Shown in pieces: positions 28,432 through 40,780 of a DNA stretch of 64,000 nt. A program made the position numbers and the translations under genes. Source of the stretch: Planctomycetota bacterium (GTDB lineage Bacteria > Planctomycetota > SZUA-567 > H5-PLA8); the NCBI GenBank assembly GCA_038227875.1, contig JBBRPR010000006.1, positions 32,001-96,000 of the forward strand. Reading direction: 5' to 3'. The notes beneath the pieces were generated by a model. It had not been told where the DNA came from. It searched no databases and saw only the letters and a list, made by a program, of their open reading frames with translations. Position 1 is the stretch's first letter; each line of letters opens with the position of its first letter.

Positions 28432-29364
28432 ATGCCGACCGCCACCGTCCGTGAGATCGCACTGCGCGCCGGGTTCTCCGTCGCCGCCGTCTCCAAGACC
28501 CTCAATTCTGTCGAGGGCACGATCCGCATCGGCGATGAGACTCGCCAGAAAATCCTCGAGGCCGCGCGCTCGCTCTGCTACCGGCCCAACGACGACATCG
28601 GGCTGCTCGTCACACCCGACTACTCGTACCTCGACCCGCTCACGGCGCGCGTGCTCTAGGGCGTGCAATTTGAAGCGCAGAACCGCCACTCGCACGTGCT
28701 CTGCGGCCTGATGAGCGTCGGTGCGCTGCCTCAGATCGTCCGGGAGTCCTGCGTCGGCGGCGTGCTCTTTCTCCACCGCGCGCCGGAGGCGATGACCAGT
28801 TACCTCAACGACCGCGGTCTGCCCTTCGTCGTGATCAACCCCGACGTCGAGACCGAATCCGACTGCATCGTCTGCGACGACCACAAAGGCATGAGCGACG
28901 CGCTCTCCCATCTCTACAAGCAGGGCTGCCGCCGCTTCGTCTTCATGTGGCCGGAGAACAATCATCCCTCGTACGCCAAGCGCTTGCGCGCGTTCACGGA
29001 ATTCGTCACGCGCCGCAAGCTCGAACACTTTGTCGTCTCCACGCAACCGGATGCCGCCACGGCCAAGCACGTCCGCGAGTGGCTGAAGACGCCGCAGCTG
29101 ACGGGTTTCATCATCTGGGAAGAACTCTACCCCTTCATTCTCGCGCAGGCCGAGCGCGCTCAGCTCAAGCAACTGCGCGTCGTCACGGTCAATGACCTGC
29201 TCTCGGCGCTCTTTGTGCCGCGCGTCACGTCCGTGCGCGTGCCGTTTCTGGAGATGGGCCGCGAGGCCGTACGCATGCTGATTCGCAAATGGAACGACAA
29301 TCACGCGCCGATGCCCAGCGTCACGGTGACGCCCGAGCTGATCGTGCGCGAATCGGAATTCTGA
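28432..29364 (+). pseudogene. LacI-family regulator interrupted by an in-frame TAG at 28657-28659
   Basis: HTH TVREIALRAGFSVAAVSKTLN and the sugar-binding domain lie in the same frame (ARVL*GVQFEA). Confidence 0.8.
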
Positions 29365-29385
29365 AAATCCAGGAGGAGTAATCCA

Positions 29386-31272
29386 ATGCCAACCGCGTGG
29401 GGGCGGGCGAGTCTTTTGGCCGTGGTGTTTGTGCTGGGGTTATGCAGCCAGGCTGCACGCTCGGCGCAGTACATCGTCGATCAGAAAAGTGCCGGAGCCA
29501 GCGACGACAATCCGGGCAGCGCCGACAAACCGTTCCGTTCCATCCACAAAGCCACGGACGTGGCGCGCGCGGGCGACATCGTGCTGGTCAAGGCCGGTCT
29601 CTACCGCGAGTGGGTCCCGCTTTATCACAGTGGAACTGCGGAAGCGCCGATCCGCATTCAAGCCGATCCGCCGGGTTCCGTGACCGTCTCGGGCTCGGAT
29701 CTCTTCACCGAGTGGGAACCGCTGGCCGGCACGGAGAACGTTTATTCCACGCCGTGGAAGTACGTCTTCGCCATCAGCCAGACCGCGGAAGGCAAACCGG
29801 TGGAGTACCATCCGGACAGTGCCAGCCTGTGGGGCCGCGCGGAGCAGGCCTTCGTTGACGGCAAGCCCTTGCGGCCGTGCTTGAGTCTGGACGAAATGCG
29901 CAAAGGCATCAGCGAACACGCGGCGGCGCTCAAAGACAAAAAGGAATCCCCGGTGCTCAAGACCCCGACGCCGAATCTGGGGACGCCGTTCGCCGGCATC
30001 TTCTTCGCCGACACGCAGCAGACCAAGCGCTTGTACGTGTGGCTGGCCGATGGCGGCGATCCGCACAAACATGCCATGGAGTTGTCGACGCGCGAATACG
30101 TCGTCGGCACCAGCCCCTGGGGATTTCCAGAAGGCACCAAATGCGTGATCTTCAGCGGCTTCATCGTCCGGCACGGCTCCTCCTTTCCGCAGCGCGCCGC
30201 GGTCTGCCTGCATGGCAAGAATAACGTGCTCGAGAACTGCATCGTCGAAGACATGGCCGGCAGCGGCGCGGCCGTGGACGGAACGATGCGTGGATGCGTG
30301 CTCCGCCGCAATGGCCACAACGGTGGCGGCGCGTTCGGCGATGGCTTCGTCAATCAGGAAAGTCTCTGGGAAGGCAACGCCTGGAAACCGATCGACCGCG
30401 GCTGGGATTCGGCCGGTATGAAAAATTGCTACGTGGACGGCGGCCGGATTGAGAAATGCATCTTCCGCCGCAACGGCGGCCCGGGTCTCTGGTTCGATAT
30501 TCACGCCCGCAACATCGACGTGACCCAGTGCGTCTTCTGGGAGAACGAAGGCAGCGGCCTGTTCATTGAAATCTCACGCAACATCCGCGTGTTCAACAAT
30601 CTCTCCGTGCGCAACGCCTGCGGCGTGGTCGGCTCTCCCGATGGCGGCTGGGGTGCCGGCGGCATCATGCTGGCGGAAAGCATGAACTGCGTCGTGGCCT
30701 CGAACACCTGCGTCGGCAACAAGGACGGCATCACGTTCCGCGAACAGGGCCCGCGCATGGTCGAGAAGACGCCGGACTTTGGCGACATTCCGTATGGCAA
30801 CCGCGGCGATGTCGTGACCGAAAACGTCTGTGCCGACAACGTCGGCTTTCCGTTCGCCTACTGGTCGGACAACAGTTTCTTCGGCTGGCATCCGTCCGAA
30901 AAGGACAAGTTCAAGAACGAAGAGGCCTGGGGCAAATGGATCGTGACCATGCCCGGCTACAATTGGGACCCGTCGAAGATGGGTCTGACGATCGACCGGA
31001 ATCTCTATTTCAAAACCGGTACGCCCGTGCAGCTCCTCTACGGTTGCCCCTGGCGCCCCAAGCACAAAGTCTGCGCCTCGGTTTCCGAACTCGCCCAAGC
31101 CAGCGGCTTCGACGCACGCAGCACCGTCGCCGACCCGAAATTCGAAGACGCCGCGAAGAACAACTTCCGCATCAAGCGCGAAGGCGCCGCGTGGGAGATG
31201 CAAGCCGGCTGGCTGACCGCGCCCACGGATCTGGAAGCGTGGATGAGCGCCTTTCTGCCGAAGTATCGGTAG
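29386..31272 (+). CDS. Secreted right-handed parallel beta-helix protein (DUF1565/pectin-lyase-like)
   Basis: ASDDNPGSADKPFRSI..A...ARAGDIVLVKAGLYRE; NGGPGLWFD; GLFIEIS; AGGAGG RBS. Confidence 0.85.
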   Translation: MPTAWGRASLLAVVFVLGLCSQAARSAQYIVDQKSAGASDDNPGSADKPFRSIHKATDVARAGDIVLVKAGLYREWVPLYHSGTAEAPIRIQADPPGSVTVSGSDLFTEWEPLAGTENVYSTPWKYVFAISQTAEGKPVEYHPDSASLWGRAEQAFVDGKPLRPCLSLDEMRKGISEHAAALKDKKESPVLKTPTPNLGTPFAGIFFADTQQTKRLYVWLADGGDPHKHAMELSTREYVVGTSPWGFPEGTKCVIFSGFIVRHGSSFPQRAAVCLHGKNNVLENCIVEDMAGSGAAVDGTMRGCVLRRNGHNGGGAFGDGFVNQESLWEGNAWKPIDRGWDSAGMKNCYVDGGRIEKCIFRRNGGPGLWFDIHARNIDVTQCVFWENEGSGLFIEISRNIRVFNNLSVRNACGVVGSPDGGWGAGGIMLAESMNCVVASNTCVGNKDGITFREQGPRMVEKTPDFGDIPYGNRGDVVTENVCADNVGFPFAYWSDNSFFGWHPSEKDKFKNEEAWGKWIVTMPGYNWDPSKMGLTIDRNLYFKTGTPVQLLYGCPWRPKHKVCASVSELAQASGFDARSTVADPKFEDAAKNNFRIKREGAAWEMQAGWLTAPTDLEAWMSAFLPKYR

Positions 31273-31407
31273 GGGGCGCTGGGCGTTTATGGAGTGCTTG
31301 GGCGAATAAGCGCTGGCGAGAGTTCCAATTCCGTTCGGCGAAAAGTGGTCGGTCGCAAGCGTTTGACCGACTACTATTAGCCGGACGGAGTTGGAATTTG
31401 AAGACAA

Positions 31408-32562
31408 TCAGTGTGAACCGTGCGACCCACTTTTCGAGGCAGCACTTCCCGCGTCCTGCGAAGCATCCCCCGCCCCGGCGGCGCTACTCTTCGCCACTTC
31501 GTGCTTGCCGCTCAGGACGCGTGCGATCAGGCCGCCCGCGGCGGAGAGCCAGCGGCCGGAGCCGGATTTCTTCGGCAGCACGTCGGTCTTGCTCACGCGA
31601 GCGGGTTCCGCGCTCTGGGTGTTCGTGGCCACCAGCGGCTGCTTGCCGTCGCGCAGGCGTTCAAGATCGCAGACCAGATCGGCGCAGCCCGTGTAGCGCT
31701 GCTGCGGATCCTTGGCCATCATCCGCGCCACAACAAAGGCGACGCCATCGGGGATATCGTGCTGGAGCGAGCGGACGTCGGGCGGATCTTCGTAAAGATG
31801 CTTCAACACCACCGTGGCCGGCGTCGGTCCCTGGAACGGCGTGCGTCCGGTGAGCAGGTGGAAGAACGTCGCGCCCAGCGAATAGATGTCGGAGCGGCCG
31901 TCGATGTTGGCGTCGGCACGGGCGTACTCCGGCGAGATATAGTACGCGGTGTCGCGCGTCGTGCCGACATGCAGGATCGTGCCGGTTTGCGTGACGAGTC
32001 CCGGATCGGGCTCCGAGAAATCGCGCCACGTGCCGAAGTCCAGGATCTTCACCAGGCCACCCTTGCAGACGAAAAGATTAGCGGGCTTGATGTCGCGGTG
32101 GACAAAGCCGTTGTCGTGCGCGTTCTGCAGGCCCCACGCCGTCTGGATGCAGACGTCGAGCGCCTCCTTGACCGTGAAGTGAGCGCAGCGCTGCAGCAGC
32201 GCATCGAGCGGATCGCCCTCGCAATATTCCATGGCGAAGAAGAGCCGGCCAGCGTGCTCTTCGACCGCATAGATTTTCACAACGTTGGGATGATCCAGCT
32301 GCGCCGCCGCGCGGACGTCGCGCTTGAAGCGCGCTGCGAAGCGTTTGTCGTGGGCGTGTTTTTCGAGCAGCACTTTCACTGCAACATCGCGGCGCTGCGC
32401 ATTGTCCTGCGCGAGGTAGACGACGCCGACGCCGCCTTCGCCGAGTTTGCGGACGAGCAGGTAAGGGCCGATCTGATCGCTATCAGAAAACGCGGTCTCT
32501 TCCGGCGCAACGGCCGGGAGATCCAGCGGGACAGAGGCAAAATCGGGTGAGACTTTGCTCAT
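31408..32562 (-). CDS. Hanks-type Ser/Thr protein kinase
   Basis: LGEGGVGVVY, VAVKVL, HRDIKPAN, DFG, SPE and DIYSLG motifs. Confidence 0.92.
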   Translation of the reverse strand: MSKVSPDFASVPLDLPAVAPEETAFSDSDQIGPYLLVRKLGEGGVGVVYLAQDNAQRRDVAVKVLLEKHAHDKRFAARFKRDVRAAAQLDHPNVVKIYAVEEHAGRLFFAMEYCEGDPLDALLQRCAHFTVKEALDVCIQTAWGLQNAHDNGFVHRDIKPANLFVCKGGLVKILDFGTWRDFSEPDPGLVTQTGTILHVGTTRDTAYYISPEYARADANIDGRSDIYSLGATFFHLLTGRTPFQGPTPATVVLKHLYEDPPDVRSLQHDIPDGVAFVVARMMAKDPQQRYTGCADLVCDLERLRDGKQPLVATNTQSAEPARVSKTDVLPKKSGSGRWLSAAGGLIARVLSGKHEVAKSSAAGAGDASQDAGSAASKSGSHGSH

Positions 32563-32798
32563 GGTGCGCTCCAGACATTTGTAAGATTACCACATTTTAG
32601 CGAAAAACAAGCACATAGTGCATTTGTTATTATTTCGATAAATGCATAGACTATAAGAGTTTGCCGGCTCCTGTTTTCCACGCCAGAAATATTAAGCAGA
32701 TTCTACCGGAGCGCCACGCACGTCGCGCGAAAGGGTCTCGCGCGGCAGCGTACTCGCGTGTTGCTCACACTCCAGCACCTGCTACACTGAAGGGCGTT

Positions 32799-34910
<2,112 letters not shown>

Positions 34911-34938
34911 TACTTTCCAATTTCCTCAATGGCCGAAC

Positions 34939-34977
34939 GTCAAGGAGCAGCGGCTGTTTGCTGCTCCTTGCTGACGC
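34939..34977. terminator. Stem-loop downstream of uvrB
   Basis: caaggagcagc-ggctgt-ttgctgctccttg, between convergent genes. Confidence 0.5.
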
Positions 34978-35065
34978 GTCGCCAAAATCAAATTTGCGTA
35001 CGTCCGGGTAGAAGCAACTCACCCGCTTGCGCAAATGGAAAGTGGAAAATGTCCGTTCTCGCCGT

Positions 35066-37180
35066 CTACCGTGCATCCAACACGGTCCGTATCTTTTTCT
35101 GCAGCTGCCGGTGCGTAAACGGCTTCTGCAGAAAATTGGTCTCGGCACTGAGCACGCCGCGTTCGCCCAGCGCGCTGTTGGTGTAGCCGGACATGAAGAG
35201 GATCTTCATCTCCGGGCGCGTGGGGCCGAGCAGTTCAGCCAGACGCGCGCCGCTCATTTCGGGCATCACCACGTCGGTCAGCATCAGGTCGATCTGGCCG
35301 CCGAAGGCCTCGCATACCTCGATGGCGCGCGGAGCGTTTGCGGCTTCGAGGATCGTGTAGCCGGCGTCGCGCAACACGTCGCCGACCAGCTCGCGCACGC
35401 CTAGTTCATCTTCGACCAGCAGGATCGTCTCGGCACGCGTCGCCGTCTGCAGCGAGGAACTGGCCGCCTGGGCCGCGGGCGCATCGCTCGTAATGGGCAG
35501 GAGGAGCGTGAAGGTCGTGCCGCGGTCCGGTGCGCTGGAAACAGAGATGCTGCCGCCGCTCTGCTTGGCGATGCCGTAGACCATCGAGAGACCCAGCCCG
35601 GTGCCCTTGCCCTGCGGCTTGGTGGTGAAGAACGGCTCGAAGATATGGGATTGGATCTCGGGGCTCATCCCGCTGCCGGTATCGCTCACGGTCAATTTTA
35701 CGTGAGCGCCGGTCTGAAGTCCCACATGCCCGCGCGCGAAGTCTTCGCTGATCTCCACGTTCTCCGTGGCGATGCGCAGGTTGCCGCCCAGCGGCATCGC
35801 GTCCCGCGCGTTGACCACGAGATTGATCAGCACCTGCTCGATCTGGGCGGGATCGGCCTTGATCCGCGCCAGATTGGGGCCCGCCTCGCTCAGCAGCACG
35901 ATGTCCTCGCCGATCAGCCGCCGCAGCATCTCGTACATGCGCGCGACGACCGCGTTCAGGTCGATCACCTGGGGCTCGATCACGTGGCTGCGGCTGAAGG
36001 CCAGCAATTGCCGCGTCAGCGCCGCCGCACGCTCCGCCGTGGAATGAACCATGTCGATCTTGCCATACAGCGGCTTCGACGGATCAATCTCGCGCAGCGC
36101 CAGTTCAGTCCGGCCCAGGATCACCGTGAGCAGATTGTTGAAGTCGTGGGCGATGCCGCCGGCCAGTTTGCCAATCGCCTCCATCTTGTGCGACTGGAAC
36201 AATTGCTGCTCCAGATTCACCCGTTCGGTGATGTCCGAGAGCGCGCCGGTCATCCGCGCGGGAGCACCGTCGGGGCCGAAGTAGAAGCGGCCGCGCGCGA
36301 GAATCCAGTGCACGCCGGAGTCCGGCCAGATCACGCGGAATTCGTGGCTGAAATCCTGCTTCGCGCTGCGCGCCTTCGCCAGTGCCGCGCGGAACGCCGT
36401 CAGATCGTCGGGGTGAATTCGCTGCTCGAATTTACTGCACGCGCCATTGAGCGTCTCCGCAGGCGATCCCAGCACGGTCTCCAGGTTTCCAGTGAAGCGG
36501 ATCTCGTCGCGCGTGGCTTCCCAATTCCACACCCCGATGTTGCCGGCTTCCAGCGCCAGCTTGAGCTGCTCTTCGCTGTGGCGCAAGGCTTCGTCGGCGC
36601 GGCGGCGTTCGATCGCATAGCGCACCGCGCGGATCAGTGCGCGGCCGTCAAAGGTACCTTTAAGAAGGTAATCCTGCGCGCCCTGCTGCACCGCGCTCAT
36701 CGCCACGCGTTCGTCGTCGACGCCACTCATGATCAACGTCGGCACCGACGGCGCGGCGGCGTGCACGCGGATGAACGTGTCGAGCCCCTGGCTGTCCGGC
36801 AACGAGAGGTCCAGCAGTACTACGTGAAGTACGGAAGTCCGGAGTTTTTCCAGCGCTTCGCGCAGACTCGCTGCCACCACAACTTCAAACGCCGGACCGC
36901 CGGCCATGACGATCACTTCGCTCAGAATCCTCGCGTAGTCGCAATTGTCCTCGACCAGCAGCAGGCGGATCGGGACCCAGGCATTGCCATCCAGGACACC
37001 ACGACTGGTGAGCTGAAGGTTTGCGGAAATTTCTTCCGAACCAGCCACGTTTTCGGAATTCCTGACAGACTGTCCGGAGCTGCTATCATTCTGTCGAGCG
37101 GCTTCGCGCCCCGCCTCTGGGACACTCGAACTACGGTCCGTTTGCTTAGTCTCGCTGTGCACGTCGTTTAACTTTACCAT
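35066..37180 (-). CDS. Hybrid sensor kinase (REC-PAS-HisKA-HATPase-REC)
   Basis: [46 protein letters not shown]-terminal LTDVVMP..FLQKPF. Start uncertain. Confidence 0.92.
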   Translation of the reverse strand: MVKLNDVHSETKQTDRSSSVPEAGREAARQNDSSSGQSVRNSENVAGSEEISANLQLTSRGVLDGNAWVPIRLLLVEDNCDYARILSEVIVMAGGPAFEVVVAASLREALEKLRTSVLHVVLLDLSLPDSQGLDTFIRVHAAAPSVPTLIMSGVDDERVAMSAVQQGAQDYLLKGTFDGRALIRAVRYAIERRRADEALRHSEEQLKLALEAGNIGVWNWEATRDEIRFTGNLETVLGSPAETLNGACSKFEQRIHPDDLTAFRAALAKARSAKQDFSHEFRVIWPDSGVHWILARGRFYFGPDGAPARMTGALSDITERVNLEQQLFQSHKMEAIGKLAGGIAHDFNNLLTVILGRTELALREIDPSKPLYGKIDMVHSTAERAAALTRQLLAFSRSHVIEPQVIDLNAVVARMYEMLRRLIGEDIVLLSEAGPNLARIKADPAQIEQVLINLVVNARDAMPLGGNLRIATENVEISEDFARGHVGLQTGAHVKLTVSDTGSGMSPEIQSHIFEPFFTTKPQGKGTGLGLSMVYGIAKQSGGSISVSSAPDRGTTFTLLLPITSDAPAAQAASSSLQTATRAETILLVEDELGVRELVGDVLRDAGYTILEAANAPRAIEVCEAFGGQIDLMLTDVVMPEMSGARLAELLGPTRPEMKILFMSGYTNSALGERGVLSAETNFLQKPFTHRQLQKKIRTVLDAR

Positions 37181-37324
37181 GTTAGTGAACTCCGCGGTGC
37201 AGCTCGGAACATTCTGCCGGATTATGAAGGTTGCGTTCCGCACTCGTTGGTACACCTTTCGCTATTCATAGACCAATAAGTGTGCAGTTCAAAAAACTAA
37301 CGGATTAAGCGCCGCGGAGTTCAA

Positions 37325-37963
37325 ATGGAAACGTATTCACGACCCAGCCGAGCACGGCTATCTCACGCCACCCAGCTCACCCGTGCCACGCGGGTGACAC
37401 GAAAAACGCGGGTAGAACCCGTGATCGATGCACCCATAAAGACGCGCAGCGAATTGTCGCGCAACCGCATTCCCACGCTGGCTCCGGGTGTGAATTGCCG
37501 GGTCTTGTTCGTCGCGCAGAAGTCGCGGCACAGCCAGCTCGTCTCGATGATTCTCGCGAATGAAAATATGACGGTGCGCGCCGTCTCCGAAGTCCAACCG
37601 GATGAATTGCAACTTGCCGCCGGCGTCCCCGACTTGCTGCTGCTCGACGGCGATACGCCAGGCTGCGACAGCCGCGCCACGCTGATGCACCTTCGCTCGC
37701 ACAGCGAAACCGCCCGGGTGCCCGTGATTTTGCTGACCAGCAGCACCGGCTGCGAACAACACCGCCGTGAGCTCGCGCCTTTTGGAATTCACTGGATCCT
37801 GGAAAAGCCCATCGCCGCGCTGATCCTCCCCAAGCTGATCCGCCGTACGATCAAGATCGCCAGCCAGCATTGGCTCAGCGGCGAAGCCCGCTACCAGCGC
37901 GCCGAAGTGCTCGCCGAGTATGGTCAGATGAGCTGCGGTGCCGTGTGGAAGGCGATCAGTTGA
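37325..37963 (+). CDS. Atypical response-regulator receiver protein
   Basis: PDLLLLD..PG, PVILLTS and LEKP motifs; the N-terminal acidic pair is missing (VLFVAQ). Confidence 0.7.
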   Translation: METYSRPSRARLSHATQLTRATRVTRKTRVEPVIDAPIKTRSELSRNRIPTLAPGVNCRVLFVAQKSRHSQLVSMILANENMTVRAVSEVQPDELQLAAGVPDLLLLDGDTPGCDSRATLMHLRSHSETARVPVILLTSSTGCEQHRRELAPFGIHWILEKPIAALILPKLIRRTIKIASQHWLSGEARYQRAEVLAEYGQMSCGAVWKAIS

Positions 37964-37971
37964 GCGAAAGT

Positions 37972-38054
37972 ATTGCGGATTGCGGATTGGATGAACACGA
38001 TTGCGCGCGTGGATAGTGTGGAAATCGGGAATCGGGAGTCGAAATTCGGAATTC
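37972..38054. repeat. Heptamer repeat blocks (ATTGCGG; GGGAATC-like)
   Basis: 37972-37993 is identical over 22 bp to 6933-6954. Confidence 0.75.
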
Positions 38055-38171
38055 GCGCACTCTCAAAATAATGGGGCAAGTTGGATCGAAAGTAACGCTG
38101 TGTGCGTGCAAAACACAACTGCGGGCGGTGGGACCGCCCGCGTTGCGTGCTGAAATGGGTCGGACGAAAGA

Positions 38172-38465
38172 CTACTTCTTGGCAGGGGCTTTCGCGGCGG
38201 GGGCGGCGGCTTTCGCATCGCCAGCTTTCGCGGCGGGGGCTGCGGCGCCACCGGCTGCTGCTGCGTCGCCTTCGCCTTCCTTCTTCGCGGCCTTCTTCTT
38301 GGTCGCCAGCTTGATGCTCTTGACCTTGCGCAGGCCCAGCACGCTGTTCTGGCCTTCGCGCCAGCCACCGGCTTCTTCCAGGACCTTGATGCGTTCAATG
38401 CGGGTCAAAACGTTGCGGTGCTTGGTCAGCGAACCGCCGGTGCGTAAACTCTTGTGAACTGACAT
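38172..38465 (-). CDS. PVC-superphylum signature small basic protein with Ala/Lys-rich tail
   Basis: MSVHKSL...RNVLTRIERI..L...W....SVLGLRKVK. Confidence 0.88.
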   Translation of the reverse strand: MSVHKSLRTGGSLTKHRNVLTRIERIKVLEEAGGWREGQNSVLGLRKVKSIKLATKKKAAKKEGEGDAAAAGGAAAPAAKAGDAKAAAPAAKAPAKK

Positions 38466-38787
38466 TTTCGTCCTGCTCCTTCACCGAATGCCAAATAAAA
38501 CGCCGCGCCGAAGTAGGCGCGGGTGAGTCTTTGTAAACGCGACGATGCGTATTTCAAGCGCTAATTATCGATTGGCAACGCGCGTTCACGCGACCGCGCT
38601 GCGCGTTCAATCCTTGTGTGCGCTCAATCCACCTCTGACCCTTGGACCCTGAACCCTGCCCCCTCGCCCCTCGCGCGTCAGCGCGCTGCGATCGGTAGAA
38701 TCTTCCATATCTCCCGCTTGTCTTCGCGAAAAATAGGGTTTAATGTCTTGGTATGACCGCGCCGTGCACCAACGGAGGTGGGATGTG

Positions 38788-39246
38788 ATGACGGCCCAGG
38801 ATCGCGCGCTCGATTTGAGCATCGACGACGATGAGCTCACGCCTGAAGAGTTGAAGCGCCGCAAACAGTCGCAGCACCTCGCGGCGGAAGCGGCGTACTT
38901 GGAACGCTACCGGCTCCGCGTCAAGCGCGCGATGATCCTCGGCGCGGTTGCGTCGGTGGTGATTTCGGCATTCGTGCCGGGGAGTTGGTTCTGGCCGATT
39001 GTAATGGGGATGATCGGCGGCGGACTCGGATTTTATGTGGCGCAGAACAACACCGGACACCTGATGGGCATCGTGATGTTCGGCGGCAGCGCAGCGGTGA
39101 TTTCGCTGACACACGTGAACATGGCCGGCATCAAGGATGTGGGAACGGGTTTCATCATCGTCAGCACGTGGCTATTTCACATGGCGCTGGGCTGGGTGGT
39201 GACTACGCTCGCGCAGGAACAGCGCTCGCGGGAAGAGTCGTTTTAA
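38788..39246 (+). CDS. Hypothetical membrane protein (about 4 TM)
   Basis: GGAGG RBS before ATG 38788; several hydrophobic segments. Confidence 0.7.
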   Translation: MTAQDRALDLSIDDDELTPEELKRRKQSQHLAAEAAYLERYRLRVKRAMILGAVASVVISAFVPGSWFWPIVMGMIGGGLGFYVAQNNTGHLMGIVMFGGSAAVISLTHVNMAGIKDVGTGFIIVSTWLFHMALGWVVTTLAQEQRSREESF

Positions 39247-39249
39247 CTG

Positions 39250-39324
39250 CACGAACGACGGGATTCGGGATTCGTTGCGCGTCCGCATTTGGCGAATCCC
39301 GAATCCCGATTCCCGCTGTTCGTG
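39250..39324. repeat. Palindrome with GGGATTC/GAATCCC heptamer arms
   Basis: cacgaac..cgggattcgggattcg...cgaatcccgaatcccg..gttcgtg, between convergent genes. Confidence 0.7.
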
Positions 39325-39327
39325 AGA

Positions 39328-40599
39328 CTACTTCTTCACCTCAGGCGCAGGCGCACTCGCCGCGGCCTTCTCCCGCTCCAACTGATCATGACAAATCGAG
39401 AGCGTGCGAATGGCAAAGCCGGTGACGAGGACGGTGTCGTTCTCCATCCATTGCGAGGAGACGGAATTGTGCCAGGAACCGTCGGCAGCCTGGAGCGAGA
39501 GCAGGCGCTTGCTGAGTTCTTCGGCCCAGTGGTGCGTCTGGCCGTCGAGCGTTTTGACGTCGGGTTCGCCGTAGATGTAAAGCGCCTTGGCCATCGTCTG
39601 GTAATAATAGTAGAGACCATCGGCGCCGAGGTTTTTGTTCTCGTCGAGTGTGTAGTTGGCGCGCACCCACTTCATCGACGATTGAACCTCGGGCGAATCC
39701 TTGCCCAGATTCAGATGCAGGAAGCTCTTCAGCGCGGCGTAGCTCATCAGGCCGTAGCTTTTCGGAACTTTCAGGCCGTCCTTGGTGGTGTCGTAGCCGG
39801 CTTTGCTTTCGCCCGGGCGGTAGAACGATCCGCCGTCGGTACCGGCGGCGGTGCCCGGTGCAACTTTATCGTTCTCTTCGGCATTCTGAAGGCGGTTGAA
39901 AAACTTCTTGGCGTTTTTCATCGCGGGGTCATCGGGCTTGACGCCCGCGGCGCGCATCGCTTCGACCCAGTTCTGTGTCACATCGCCGCTGGGTTTGCCG
40001 CCGGCGCTGTAACCTGCGCCGCCGAAATTCGCGCTGTCTTCGTCCTGGTTCTGCGTTGAGAGCAGATAGTTCTTCCCAGCTTCGATGTCTTGCTGCAGCG
40101 ACGGATCTTCCAGCGAGGCGAGGGCCATGATCGTGATGGACGTGCAGTAGGTCTGCAGCCCCAGGCGCGGCGTGCAGTATGAACCGTCGGGCTGCTTGGT
40201 GCGCTGAATCGCTTCGACGGCTTTCTTGATGAACGGCGTGTTCAGGCGCAATTTATCCGGCGAGCGGGCCAGTGAATCGACGACCAGGGCGGTGAAGGCG
40301 GGCTTCGGGTCCAGCGCGCCGCGTGAGAAGTGGCCGTCGGCTTCCTGATGGATGCGCAGGTATTCGGCACCGCGGTGGATCGAATCGAGAATCGTGTCGC
40401 CGCTGGCGACCACGGGTTTGGCGGCTTCCGTCGGCGTGGAGTGCGACGGCATTTCGTACTTGTACGCGTACAACCCGACGAGCGCGAGCAGCACGATGAT
40501 CGCCAGGACGACCTTGACGATTTTCTTGACGATCGACGTGCCGCCACTGGAACCGACAGGAGCTGGCGCTTTTTCCGACAGGGCTGGAGAATCAGACAT
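39328..40599 (-). CDS. Membrane-anchored prenyltransferase/squalene-cyclase-like repeat protein
   Basis: TM anchor; YLRIHQEADG, QPDGS, NFGGAGY, GLYYYYQT and LLSLQAADGSW motifs. Confidence 0.82.
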   Translation of the reverse strand: MSDSPALSEKAPAPVGSSGGTSIVKKIVKVVLAIIVLLALVGLYAYKYEMPSHSTPTEAAKPVVASGDTILDSIHRGAEYLRIHQEADGHFSRGALDPKPAFTALVVDSLARSPDKLRLNTPFIKKAVEAIQRTKQPDGSYCTPRLGLQTYCTSITIMALASLEDPSLQQDIEAGKNYLLSTQNQDEDSANFGGAGYSAGGKPSGDVTQNWVEAMRAAGVKPDDPAMKNAKKFFNRLQNAEENDKVAPGTAAGTDGGSFYRPGESKAGYDTTKDGLKVPKSYGLMSYAALKSFLHLNLGKDSPEVQSSMKWVRANYTLDENKNLGADGLYYYYQTMAKALYIYGEPDVKTLDGQTHHWAEELSKRLLSLQAADGSWHNSVSSQWMENDTVLVTGFAIRTLSICHDQLEREKAAASAPAPEVKK

Positions 40600-40639
40600 G
40601 CGGTTTTCCTATGAGAAGTAATACGCTTCTAGCTAGTAG

Positions 40640-40654
40640 GCAGTTTTCAGGCCA
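40640..40654 (-). promoter_or_regulatory. Candidate sigma54 (-24/-12) promoter
   Basis: Minus strand reads TGGCCTGAAAACTGC (GG-N10-GC), about 40 nt upstream of ATG 40599. Confidence 0.5.
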
Positions 40655-40780
40655 GAGATGGGAATGATGAATTATGAGGGATGAAAGTTCGGTGGTCGAG
40701 TGGGGATTTGCGGCTCTAGGCTGTTAGCTCTTGGCTCTTGGGATTGTTCGGCAGCGCGCTGAGGCATATAATTGGTTTCA

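Noticed and set aside
28657..28659. Genome-wide TAG reassignment
   Set aside because: TAG terminates many intact genes here (e.g. 1150, 8542, 21833, 25894, 28100, 31272, 42661).
39328..40599. True squalene-hopene cyclase
   Set aside because: Too short, a single barrel with a TM anchor, and no DxDD motif.
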